This document shows, piece after piece, positions 39,529-49,430 of a stretch of DNA of 64,000 bases. The position numbers and the translations under genes were made by a program. Below the pieces are notes generated by a model. That model was given only the letters and a program-made list of their open reading frames with translations, was not told the origin of the DNA and did not search any database. Source of the stretch: Promethearchaeota archaeon (lineage in GTDB: Archaea; Asgardarchaeota; Lokiarchaeia; Sigyniarchaeales; SOKP01); assembly GCA_048941285.1 (NCBI GenBank), contig JBHLNS010000002.1, positions 32,001 to 96,000 on the forward strand, in the 5' to 3' direction. Positions within the stretch are counted from its first letter, which is position 1, and every line of letters begins with the position of its first letter.

Positions 39529-40122
39529 TTACTCTTCGAGCATTTCTTTTGGTAGAAAAGTGTAAACTTTGAGAATATTGAATTTATGTTTTTTCATTTC
39601 TAAAAAGTACTTCATTTCAATTTCATATTCTTCTTTTGCCCATTTTAATATTTCCTCTCTCGTATAAAATTTCCCCTTAAGTAGCTGCAGTCCTTTACAT
39701 TTTTTTGTATAATTATCAAAATTTAATTTACTAGATACCATCATTTGCCAAAAAGGAAATGATTTACACTGAAAAGGGCGCGCTACATGAACACTACATT
39801 TATTATTTATTAGAAAGTGGCAATGCTCATCGTCTCCTGTAAATCTAAAACCAAGAGACTTAAACCGATAAGTCTTTCCTCTTTCTGCTCCTGGTTCCTT
39901 CCAAAAAAAAGAATCGTTTACAACTTTTAGATATTTTTCAGCGAAATACCTCAAACCTTTAAATCCATGCAGATTCAAATGTTTTGCTAATCTGAAAATA
40001 TCTTCTTTATATAAATAAACTTCGCCTTCGTTGAAACCAGTACAACACTTCCCACACATTTGGCAAGAAAATTCAATTCCATTTGCTAGATTTCTGGATA
40101 TTGATATCTTTGCAGAAGTCAA
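39529..40122 (-). CDS. YkgJ/UPF0153 cysteine-cluster protein
   Basis: FSCQMCGKCC, CHFL..KCSVHVARPFQCKSFPFW. Confidence 0.88.
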   Translation of the reverse strand: MTSAKISISRNLANGIEFSCQMCGKCCTGFNEGEVYLYKEDIFRLAKHLNLHGFKGLRYFAEKYLKVVNDSFFWKEPGAERGKTYRFKSLGFRFTGDDEHCHFLINNKCSVHVARPFQCKSFPFWQMMVSSKLNFDNYTKKCKGLQLLKGKFYTREEILKWAKEEYEIEMKYFLEMKKHKFNILKVYTFLPKEMLEE

Positions 40123-40243
40123 GACGGTTTATTTCAATTTTACTTTGGTTTAATAATTAATATACAAATACTTAATTAATATTTAAATATTAAATCATTG
40201 ATTATAAAACAGAATTGATAATTCGGAGTATTAATTTTAGGTT

Positions 40244-42496
40244 ATGCTAATTAATCTAAATGATGAAAAAGTTTTAGATCTAAATTTTATAAATGAGAAT
40301 TTGAAGAATCTCGAGGTTCTCTTAACTAAACATGGAATTTTCCAAAAAGCGGAATTTAAAGAATGGTTTGATGATTTCAAAAAGGTATATGGTGAAAACC
40401 TGGTTACATTGCAATTATATAGTGTTTATGCTCTTATTTATTTAATTGGATATTTATTTATCTCTAAATTTGTTCTTAAAAAAAAGAATTCAGCTTTCCA
40501 AATTAAAAGTTCTTTAAAATTATTAAAAAATATCGAAACTGAAATTCGATCTAATTATAAAAATCTAGATCTTTTTGTGATAAGATATTTTGAACCCGTT
40601 TTTTCTCTCTCTGAAATAGAGAATCTAGAATTTTTCAATTCTTTATTATTGGAAGTGTCTGAATATGTTTTTAATCTTAATATTCCTCCTGAATACTATT
40701 TTGATTATCTTATGCAAAAATTAATTTCTCCTATTATAAGGCATAAATCAGGTGAATATTATACACCTCCATTTTTAGTAAAAACGATGATTAGAGATTC
40801 TTATCTATTTGGTGAAACTGTACTTGATCCTTGTTGTGGTTCAGGTAATTTTCTAGTGGAACTTGTAAAGTTAATATTGTCTCAGAGAGAAACGAAAGAG
40901 AAGAAAATTGGAGCATTCAATAGTATCTATGGTTTTGATATAAATCCAATTTCGATTTATATGTCAAAGATAAATTTATTGTATTTATTAGAAAACTTTA
41001 GGGCTGAAGTAATGTTAAATTTATATGTATTTGATTCTCTATTTCAAGTAGAAAGAAAATTTGAAAAAAAATTTGATTTAATAATTGGAAATCCCCCGTG
41101 GTATACTTATCGCGATATAGAATCTATTGATGAACAAGAAAGAGTGAAAAATTTAGCACATCAATTTAAAATTAAACCCTTACCAAAAAATCTATTGAAT
41201 TTAGAAATCTCAACCCTGTTCTTTTTCAAGGCAAATAGCACTTTTTTAAGGGAGAAGGGAAAAATATTCTTTGTAATTACCAAAGGAGTGATAACAGGTT
41301 CTCATACCTCTCGATTCCGTAATTTTGAAGGCCTTTCTAATATAAAAATCTGGGTATTTGATAGAAAAGTAGAAAATATTTTCAATATTGACTTTATATG
41401 CTTATTTGGGCAAAAAACGAGTAATTCCTCTATTAATTCTAACAAAGAAATTAAATCCTATTATTTTAATTTAAAATGCAAAAATGATCAAATTGAATAT
41501 TTTAAAGAAATAGAATTGAAGTTAGAAAAGGTAGACAATTTAATACCGTATGAAATCGAAAAAAAAGCCGGAAAAACTTATACTAAAAAGTTTATATCGA
41601 AAAGTATTGTACAAGATCTTTTACCTATAAAAGAGAGTTATTATAAACCACTTTTTCATAAAGGAGCAGACTTAAATCCAAGGAATTTGATATTTGTAAG
41701 CTATAAAGAATTAAATAACTCCTTAGTTAGGATAAACCCTGAAAAGAGAATCTTCAAAAAAGCCAAACCTCCATGGAATAAAAAGGAATATAAGAATGAG
41801 GTTATTGAAAAGAAATATATCTTCAAAATAATCAAGAGCACAGAATTAGTAAAGTTTTATGTATATAATTATTACAATGTATTTCTACCACTCTCAAAAA
41901 ATGATTTGAGTTTTGAATATAAAAATTTAGATAAATATGCTAAATCTTTTTATGATAAAATTAACAATCTGTATAAAAGATACAAAAAATCAACAACTAA
42001 ACATAAAACTTTGATGGACAATCTAAATCGATGGTCTAAATTGATAAATAAAAGACAGATGTCTAATATCAAAGTGGTATATAATAATTCAGGTTCTATT
42101 TTACAATGCGCTGTAGTATTAGGAGATTATTTGGTTACGGGTGATTTATCTTTCTATGCTACAGAAAATCTTGAAGAAGCTTTCTATTTATCTGCCATAC
42201 TAAATTCTAACATAATAAATAAACAAGTAAAAATTATGAAGAGTTCAAGACATATTTTTAAACTTCCATTAGAAATTCCTATTGAAAAGTTTGATATTAG
42301 TAATGATAATCACCAAAAACTAGTGGATTTAGGGAAAAGAGGACAAGAAATGGCGAAAGTACTCTTTAATAGATTTATAAAAAATAATAATGAGAATTTA
42401 TCAAAATTTAAAATTCAAAATTTTTTAAGTGACAAATTAGAAGCTATAATTGCTAAAATTGATGAGATTCTTATAAAACAATTTTATAAAAGTTAA
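40244..42496 (+). CDS. N6-adenine DNA methyltransferase (gamma class, Eco57I/type IIG-like M plus specificity region)
   Basis: GEYYTP, LDPCCGSGNF, GFDINP, FDLIIGNPPW, YLSAILNS. Confidence 0.85.
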   Translation: MLINLNDEKVLDLNFINENLKNLEVLLTKHGIFQKAEFKEWFDDFKKVYGENLVTLQLYSVYALIYLIGYLFISKFVLKKKNSAFQIKSSLKLLKNIETEIRSNYKNLDLFVIRYFEPVFSLSEIENLEFFNSLLLEVSEYVFNLNIPPEYYFDYLMQKLISPIIRHKSGEYYTPPFLVKTMIRDSYLFGETVLDPCCGSGNFLVELVKLILSQRETKEKKIGAFNSIYGFDINPISIYMSKINLLYLLENFRAEVMLNLYVFDSLFQVERKFEKKFDLIIGNPPWYTYRDIESIDEQERVKNLAHQFKIKPLPKNLLNLEISTLFFFKANSTFLREKGKIFFVITKGVITGSHTSRFRNFEGLSNIKIWVFDRKVENIFNIDFICLFGQKTSNSSINSNKEIKSYYFNLKCKNDQIEYFKEIELKLEKVDNLIPYEIEKKAGKTYTKKFISKSIVQDLLPIKESYYKPLFHKGADLNPRNLIFVSYKELNNSLVRINPEKRIFKKAKPPWNKKEYKNEVIEKKYIFKIIKSTELVKFYVYNYYNVFLPLSKNDLSFEYKNLDKYAKSFYDKINNLYKRYKKSTTKHKTLMDNLNRWSKLINKRQMSNIKVVYNNSGSILQCAVVLGDYLVTGDLSFYATENLEEAFYLSAILNSNIINKQVKIMKSSRHIFKLPLEIPIEKFDISNDNHQKLVDLGKRGQEMAKVLFNRFIKNNNENLSKFKIQNFLSDKLEAIIAKIDEILIKQFYKS

Positions 42497-42581
42497 GTAA
42501 AAAAATAGTTAAAATTCAACGTATTAAAATAAATAAGTAGTTTTACATTTTTCCCATATAATAGTATTTACCCATTCACTT

Positions 42582-43100
42582 ATGAAAAATTATATATTCA
42601 AAGTTCTTCTGACTGGAAATGGTGGAGTTGGAAAAACATCACTTCTAAGAAGGTATGTGGATGGTATGTTTGACAGCTCAACAGTGATGACTATCGGGGC
42701 AGATTTTTTTACCAAAGAGCTATTTTTTGATAATGCACGTTGTATGATACAATTATGGGATTTGGGAGGTCAAGAACGCTTCAGATATCTTCTTGAGAAT
42801 TTTGTCATGGGAGCAAGGGCTGCCCTTCTTTTAATTGATTTAACTCGAATGCCTCTTATAAAAGATATATTAGAATGGGTAAATATTGCTCGATTGCATG
42901 ATATAAGTTTACCTATATTACTTGTAGGGACCAAACTAGATCTTGAAGATTTAATTGCAATTGATGACGAAAGTGCTCTTCATCTAAAAAATACTTTTAA
43001 TATGATAGACTATATAAAAACATCAGCTAAAACTGGTTATAACGTTGAAAAAGTATTTGATGTACTAGTTAAAAATTTAGTAAATATAAGTAAATATTAG
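42582..43100 (+). CDS. Rab-like small GTPase
   Basis: G1 GNGGVGKTS, G2 TIGADF, G3 WDLGGQERF, G4 TKLD, G5 TSAK. Confidence 0.92.
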   Translation: MKNYIFKVLLTGNGGVGKTSLLRRYVDGMFDSSTVMTIGADFFTKELFFDNARCMIQLWDLGGQERFRYLLENFVMGARAALLLIDLTRMPLIKDILEWVNIARLHDISLPILLVGTKLDLEDLIAIDDESALHLKNTFNMIDYIKTSAKTGYNVEKVFDVLVKNLVNISKY

Positions 43101-43118
43101 ACTTATTTTGGTAAAAAA

Positions 43119-43934
43119 ATGATTAGTATGAATGATGAACTAGTTATTCTTGGTTCTGGAGGTGGTCGTCATCATATTAGAACACAATATAGAGCTACTG
43201 GAGGAATTATCTATAAATTTCAAGGCATACAAGCACATATAGATCCAGGACCTGGTGCTATTGTTAGGGTAAATCAATATAAAGAAGATCCTGTAAAAAC
43301 TGAACTTTTTATTGTGACTCACGGCCATGTTGACCATTATAGCGATTTAAGTGCTATTATTGAGAGTTCCAGAGAAGTTCTACATGATAAAAAATATTAT
43401 TACTATAAAAAGGGTACTTTAATTACAACAGATGAAGTATTAAAGTATATTTCTGATTATCATCTTAACATGCTTGAAAACGTGGTGAGGTTTAGAGCAG
43501 GAGATAAAATCATCTATAAAGGGGTAGAAATTATGGGGACAAAGACTGTTCATTCTCCCTCAAATGATGGATTTGGAATTAAATTTGGCCTTAAAGATTA
43601 CTCTATAGCATTTACAAGCGATACAATGGTATACGATGGTTTTTCTGAAGAATTTTCCGGATGTAATATTTTAGTGCTTAATTTACTTCGCCCAGATTCA
43701 ATTATTTGTAAAAGACATTTATGTACTAATGAAGTTATCCCCTATATAAATAAGATTACCCCTCCACTTAATGGGCTTATCATTACTCATTTTGGTTCAT
43801 TTATGGATAGCCCTACATCGACAAAAAATTATGTCCCTAGCCAAGTATTAAAATTCCAAGAAAATACAAGCATAAACAATATTATCGCAGCAGAAGACGG
43901 ACTAAAAATAAATATTAAAGACCTATTGAAATAA
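43119..43934 (+). CDS. Metallo-beta-lactamase-fold hydrolase (RNase Z/PhnP-like)
   Basis: ILGSGGG, IDPGPG, THGHVDH, FTSDT, ITHFG. Confidence 0.85.
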   Translation: MISMNDELVILGSGGGRHHIRTQYRATGGIIYKFQGIQAHIDPGPGAIVRVNQYKEDPVKTELFIVTHGHVDHYSDLSAIIESSREVLHDKKYYYYKKGTLITTDEVLKYISDYHLNMLENVVRFRAGDKIIYKGVEIMGTKTVHSPSNDGFGIKFGLKDYSIAFTSDTMVYDGFSEEFSGCNILVLNLLRPDSIICKRHLCTNEVIPYINKITPPLNGLIITHFGSFMDSPTSTKNYVPSQVLKFQENTSINNIIAAEDGLKINIKDLLK

Positions 43935-44367
43935 GGTTTTATTGCTTCTATAAGGGGTTTACTAAATAAGATGAATTTTTTGGCATGATTTTGTACAAAA
44001 ATTTTAGTTTGTTACTCAAATATAATATTCTAACTTGTACTCGATACCGTAACATAAATAAAATATAATACTATAGTTTTTATATCCCCAATATCTACTA
44101 TCTTTCAAGAAGGGAAAACTAAATAGATAATCTGGTTGCATAACATTGGATACAATTATAATTAGAGAGCCCATTTCGGGTAGTTGCCAAAATTCGCCCT
44201 CTATTAAACTCTTTAGAGTTTAATTCTCTCCCTGATTTTTAAATTTTTGCCCAGATTTCTGTTCCCTTCCTTTTCTTTAACACTTTAAATGTGTAAAACT
44301 TAAAAAGACTAAAATTAGATTTGATGTTTATTTAATCTTTATCTTCTTTATAATAAGTATAAGAATT

Positions 44368-44526
44368 TTATTCTTGGGCAATCCAATATCGACAAACGAT
44401 GCACTGCAATACATTTTGGAATGTAACTTCATTAGAGTTATTAAGACGAATCTTTCGATTTACCATAACATTTCCGCATTTATCGCAAATAGTTAGGTCT
44501 TTTGGTTTTAATTTATGTACGGACAT
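44368..44526 (-). CDS. Small zinc-ribbon protein, 52 aa (absent from the ORF track)
   Basis: MSVHKLKPKDLTICDKCGNVMVNRKIRLNNSNEVTFQNVLQCIVCRYWIAQE*; two CxxC motifs. Confidence 0.75.
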   Translation of the reverse strand: MSVHKLKPKDLTICDKCGNVMVNRKIRLNNSNEVTFQNVLQCIVCRYWIAQE

Positions 44527-44741
44527 GTGTCATTTCACGAATAACTGATAATGCTAATAAGAAATCGATTTTATCAATATGCCTAATGACATAAGCATTA
44601 ATCGATGATGCAACCCTTATTTAGATATTAATAACTATCTAATTATTTAAATATGTTTTAAAGTAAAAATTTTATCGATTTTAATACGAACTGTACTTTA
44701 AAAGCCTCAAAAGATAAGAATCTTATCCAAATGAAACGATT

Positions 44742-45296
44742 TTAGATTAAAGTTTCTTTATTTAACATACATACTATTAGTGTATAAATATGAATTATCA
44801 TTAAAATTATTACTGCTATAATAAGAACAATATAATAATTTATAAAGTTTTCAGGCGCAAAAGAAATAATTTCAATAAGTGTAATGATATAATTATACAA
44901 ATTGAATGAATTAAATATGATATATACTAAAGATAATATGAAAAGAACTGCTATAGATGACTTTGTTTGTCTATAAAAAAACCATCTAGCAAAAATATCT
45001 TCACTTCTAAAGTGCTTCTGGATTGTTGCGCATAAAATAAATATTGTAATAAGAAAGTTTACTAAAATAAACATTAAAATGAAAGGTATAACGCTCACAA
45101 TTAAGTTACCTATATTTGTTAATAATTCTGAAATTGGGATGGTATATAAATAATATAAAAATGATTGAATAAAATAATATAGCTGAGGAATAAACTGAAT
45201 AAAAAGAGTAAGTGAAATAAAAGCCAGAATTATTGTACCGGTTTTGCTTATTCGAAAACCGAATAATTTTATATCAGAATTTTCTTTTATAGTCAT
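44742..45296 (-). CDS. Hypothetical membrane protein
   Basis: About four hydrophobic segments; GAGGTG-like RBS upstream on the minus strand. Confidence 0.6.
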   Translation of the reverse strand: MTIKENSDIKLFGFRISKTGTIILAFISLTLFIQFIPQLYYFIQSFLYYLYTIPISELLTNIGNLIVSVIPFILMFILVNFLITIFILCATIQKHFRSEDIFARWFFYRQTKSSIAVLFILSLVYIIFNSFNLYNYIITLIEIISFAPENFINYYIVLIIAVIILMIIHIYTLIVCMLNKETLI

Positions 45297-45355
45297 TAAA
45301 ACACCTCATTCAAACTGGAATTCTAATAGACAATTATAACCCTTTGTTTTTAAAA

Positions 45356-46288
45356 TTAATTAAAGCTTTTTGAAACCGAAATTTTATCTTTTTCTTTGAT
45401 CTTATTAATTTTTAATACTGCAATTAAAATAGCACAGAAAATTAAACCACTACCAATCCAACCAAATATAGATAAGATTTCATTATCTATTAAAAATCCA
45501 AACAAAGCTGCGAATACTGGTTCAAGAGTAAATATAATTGCAGTGGTTGTTGGCCCTTGATATTGTTGACTCCAATTTTGGAAAAGAATGGTAAGGGTCA
45601 TAACGACAATTCCCATATATGTCATTATTAACCAAAAAGGAAGAGAAAATGAAAATAAGTCATATGGTTCTCTTAAGATTAAGGAACAGAGAAAACAGGA
45701 TGCAAAAACAACAACCACTTGAATTATGGAATATAGATACAAATCAACAAGGCGGACATATTTATCATTTAAAATAATATAAAAAGCAAAGAAGAATGCA
45801 CAAATTAATACTAAAAGATCTCCAATTATTAATCCAGATTCACCCTCCAATAATAATAATGCCATACCGATAACAGAAATTATTACAGCTAACCAAATTC
45901 TAATGTGAAGTCGCTTTTTATAACCAATCCATGCAATAAATGGCACGATTATTGTACTTAAACCCGTTATAAAACCAGTTTTTCCAGCTGAATCATTGAG
46001 TTGAAGTCCATAAGTCTGAAATACAATACCAAAAAAATATAATAATCCTGTTATACATCCCATTAGTAATATCTTTTTATTCAAGTTTTTTAGACGTGGA
46101 AAGAAAGGAATAAATCCAAAGAAAGCAATCAAAAATCTAAAACCAAGATACAAAAAGATTGGGACACCTTCTATAATATTTTTAGTTATAATAAATGATG
46201 TCCCCCAGAGTACTGTAGTAAGAATCAATAAAAATATGGCGATAACCCTCTTAGAGTGTGAAATTTCTTTAAGGTTTTTCTGCGCCAT
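45356..46288 (-). CDS. DMT/EamA-family transporter
   Basis: LWGTSF, RFLIA, GDLLVL, IFTLEPVFAA; about 10 TM helices. Confidence 0.9.
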   Translation of the reverse strand: MAQKNLKEISHSKRVIAIFLLILTTVLWGTSFIITKNIIEGVPIFLYLGFRFLIAFFGFIPFFPRLKNLNKKILLMGCITGLLYFFGIVFQTYGLQLNDSAGKTGFITGLSTIIVPFIAWIGYKKRLHIRIWLAVIISVIGMALLLLEGESGLIIGDLLVLICAFFFAFYIILNDKYVRLVDLYLYSIIQVVVVFASCFLCSLILREPYDLFSFSLPFWLIMTYMGIVVMTLTILFQNWSQQYQGPTTTAIIFTLEPVFAALFGFLIDNEILSIFGWIGSGLIFCAILIAVLKINKIKEKDKISVSKSFN

Positions 46289-46507
46289 ACTAATTTCATC
46301 TTCTAAGTCTTGTAATTGTAGAAAAATTAATTAAAATATAAATAATTCTAAACGCCCATTTTTTCTCTATTTATTATCTTTTTATAATTTTAATGCATAT
46401 TTTATGCATTTAATGGATATTTTCAAAATTTAATAATATTAAATATGCATATCTCTAATTTTTCAATATTAATAAAAAATAGATATGCAAAAAAAAAAGG
46501 TGATGAA

Positions 46508-47629
46508 TTGCCAAAAACCTATAATGAGATTAATGAAAAAATAAAGAAAGGAAATGTTAAAGTTGTTACAGCAGAAGAAATGATTAAAATTGTAGAAGAA
46601 AGCGGAATTAAGGTAGCTGCTGAAGAGATCGATGTAGTAACTACAGGAACTTTTGGACCTATGTGTTCAAGTGGGGCATTCTTGAATTTTGGTCATTCAG
46701 ATCCTCCAATAAAGTTTGAACATGTTTGGCTTAACGATGTTAAAGCATATCATGGTAATGCTGCCGTAGATTGCTATATAGGGTGTTCAAAAATGTCTAA
46801 ATTGTACCCATTTAAATATGGTGGGGGCCATGTAATTGAAGATCTTGTATCTAGAAAACCAATAAAATTGAGAGGTAATTCTTATATAACAGATTGTTAC
46901 CCTCTCTCTAATGTTGAAACTGAATTCACAATCGATGACATAAATCAAGCCATTTTATGTAATCCGAGAAATGCATATCAACGATATATTTGTGCAGTGA
47001 ATAGCTCTGATAAAACGTTATATACGTATATGGGAAAATTATTACGTCACTTTGGAAATGCTCATTTTGCTGGAGCAGGATGTTTAAATCCCTTAAGCAA
47101 TGATCCTGATTATGAAACAATAGGAATAGGGACTAGAATATTTCTTGGTGGAGGCGTTGGATATGTTATCGGAGAAGGAACACAACACAACCCAAGAACA
47201 GGAATGGGTACTATATTTGTTAAGGGGAATCTGAAACAGATGAATTCAGAATTTCTACGTGGAGTATCCTATGAGAATTATGGAACTTCTATGTTAGTTG
47301 GAGTTGGAATCCCAATTCCAATTTTGAATAAAGGATTAGCTAAAAAAACCGCAATTAAAGATGAGGACATTTTAACTGAAGTAGTAGATTATGGAATACC
47401 GAGAAGAGAAAGACCAATACTTAAAAAAGTTACGTATAAGGAATTGAAAAGTGGAAATATAGAATTAAATCATAAAAAAATAAAATGTTCATCCTTATCT
47501 TCCGTCCCAAAATCAAGAAAAATAGCTAAAATTTTGAAAAATTGGATTCAAAAGGGAAAATTTTACCTAAATCCCCCAGCAGAAACACTACCTTTAGAAA
47601 AAGAGTTGAAACAAATGAAGCAGAATTAA
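46508..47629 (+). CDS. Homocysteine biosynthesis protein (DUF39; aspartate-semialdehyde sulfurtransferase family)
   Basis: VVTAEE, DVVTTGTFGPMCSSGAFLNFGH, PRNAYQ, GVGIPIP; TTG start at 46508 after GGTGA. Confidence 0.88.
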   Translation: MPKTYNEINEKIKKGNVKVVTAEEMIKIVEESGIKVAAEEIDVVTTGTFGPMCSSGAFLNFGHSDPPIKFEHVWLNDVKAYHGNAAVDCYIGCSKMSKLYPFKYGGGHVIEDLVSRKPIKLRGNSYITDCYPLSNVETEFTIDDINQAILCNPRNAYQRYICAVNSSDKTLYTYMGKLLRHFGNAHFAGAGCLNPLSNDPDYETIGIGTRIFLGGGVGYVIGEGTQHNPRTGMGTIFVKGNLKQMNSEFLRGVSYENYGTSMLVGVGIPIPILNKGLAKKTAIKDEDILTEVVDYGIPRRERPILKKVTYKELKSGNIELNHKKIKCSSLSSVPKSRKIAKILKNWIQKGKFYLNPPAETLPLEKELKQMKQN

Positions 47630-47667
47630 GTGAAAACTTTGTAAAAAAATATTTAGTATAAAAACAA

Positions 47668-48681
47668 CTATTCCCTTGTTATAATCTCAAAAATCTCATC
47701 CAAGCGAGGAGTCTTGCGTCTTAAAGTGATACAACGTTCTTCTTCACAGCCTCGCAGGATAGCTATTAATTCATTCAAATGAATAGTAGGAATATCCAAC
47801 TTCTCTCCAAACCATTTATTCATTTTCTCTCTATATTCAGGCTTACTTAAAGTATATAAACAAGTCGGGCAAGGAGTTACTAAGAAATCCGCTCCAACGT
47901 TTTCGGCACTCTTTAATTTATTAAAGGTAATAGATAGGGCTTCTTTAGGATTTATTAATAATTGTGAAGCTCCCCATCCGCAACAACTTTCTTTTTCTTG
48001 ATAATCAACTGGTGTCCCTCCAAAAAGAAAAACCAATTCATCTAATTTAGTTTTATCTTTTAAATAGGCTTCGATATTTCTTTTATCCCGTGATAAATTT
48101 AGATAATGACAGCCATAATGAATTGCAACTTTAAGTCCTTTTAAATCGAATTTTAAAGAATTAAGAACATCATTTCTAATTAAATATAAAAAATCTAAAT
48201 CATGAATTAACTTTAGATTAAAATTGTCTAAAATCTCATATTTTTTAGGATAATTTTCTCCTATTCTTTTCTCCTTTAATCTGTTTAGAATTTCAATTGT
48301 TTTTTTCTTAACGTCAGGAATATTTAAAAATTCCCGACCTCTTAAAAGACTGTTATAACAACCATTACAACTAAATAGCACAATATCTGCTAATTGATTC
48401 ATTTCACTTAAATTCCTCTCATTAATAGCAGCAAATTGCGCTCGAGTAATCAAATTTCTTTGAAAAAATGTCCCAGAGCAACAAGACTGATTTAAACACA
48501 AGGTCGGATTTAATTCAAGCTCTTCTAAAAGATCTTGAAGACCCCATCTAACTCCAGGAAAATAACGTTCTAGACATGCTTTGAAAAGACACAATCTTTT
48601 TTGTTTAAAAAATTCTAAAGGATTTTCTGGATAAGCTCTTTCTATTTCTTCAAGATTTAATGCTAAATTAATTGCTTCCAT
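47668..48681 (-). CDS. hdrB: Heterodisulfide reductase subunit B-like (two CCG domains)
   Basis: QSCCSG, SCNGC, VAIHYGCH, SCCGWG, PCPTC. Confidence 0.85.
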   Translation of the reverse strand: MEAINLALNLEEIERAYPENPLEFFKQKRLCLFKACLERYFPGVRWGLQDLLEELELNPTLCLNQSCCSGTFFQRNLITRAQFAAINERNLSEMNQLADIVLFSCNGCYNSLLRGREFLNIPDVKKKTIEILNRLKEKRIGENYPKKYEILDNFNLKLIHDLDFLYLIRNDVLNSLKFDLKGLKVAIHYGCHYLNLSRDKRNIEAYLKDKTKLDELVFLFGGTPVDYQEKESCCGWGASQLLINPKEALSITFNKLKSAENVGADFLVTPCPTCLYTLSKPEYREKMNKWFGEKLDIPTIHLNELIAILRGCEEERCITLRRKTPRLDEIFEIITRE

Positions 48682-48696
48682 TGGTCTGAAACTTTC

Positions 48697-49221
48697 TTAT
48701 TTTTTCTTTTTCTTTGTCTCTTTTTTTTTATTTTTGCTCGCTTTAAATACATATTTTATACGCGCAAAATTACATATTTCATTTAATTCTTCCATACGTT
48801 CCGGTGACAAACCTCCATCTAAAGGATCTTCCAACACAGTACCGTTGGTTAAAAATTTTTCAGACATCTCTACATATTTTCGCAAATCATTATAACGAGG
48901 TCCATAACCTTTCTTAAAACTCTCATTTCTCAAATTAATAATTAATAAAGGGATATTTATATTATCTTTTGGGCAGACTCTTTTACAACGTTCACATAGA
49001 TAACAATACCAAATATCAGAATCTTTTAAAACACTTTTATCTCCTCGAAGTACTTTCTTAATTATTTTTCGTATATTAAAGTTTGAAACTTTACTTGCAG
49101 GACAATCGCCAACGCATTTTCCACATGAAATACATTGAATTAGATTTCTATTTTCATCTACATCATCAACGAGTTCTTCATAAAAGTTCCAATTCCATTC
49201 TGAATCACTATATCCGCCCAT
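48697..49221 (-). CDS. hdrC: Heterodisulfide reductase subunit C-like ferredoxin
   Basis: CISCGKCVGDCP and IWYCYLCERCKRVCP; upstream of hdrB. Confidence 0.85.
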   Translation of the reverse strand: MGGYSDSEWNWNFYEELVDDVDENRNLIQCISCGKCVGDCPASKVSNFNIRKIIKKVLRGDKSVLKDSDIWYCYLCERCKRVCPKDNINIPLLIINLRNESFKKGYGPRYNDLRKYVEMSEKFLTNGTVLEDPLDGGLSPERMEELNEICNFARIKYVFKASKNKKKETKKKKK

Positions 49222-49430
49222 AATTTTAAGTATTTTTCTCAGGTTAATATATTACTTTCATTTTCTATTTGAGAATCATAGTTCATTGTAAAAAAAATAT
49301 TGTATTTAAGTATATAATCTTAAAATGCAAAATCTTTAATTTTGAAAATTTGTATTATATATATCCTTGATCAAACTTATCCATATAGAAGATTTAAAGA
49401 TAATTTACGGAAAAGCATTGGAGATTTTTA

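Noticed and set aside
44016-44174. About 52-codon minus-strand ORF (MGSLIIIVSNVMQPDY...)
   Set aside because: No motifs or RBS and atypical composition; likely a chance ORF.
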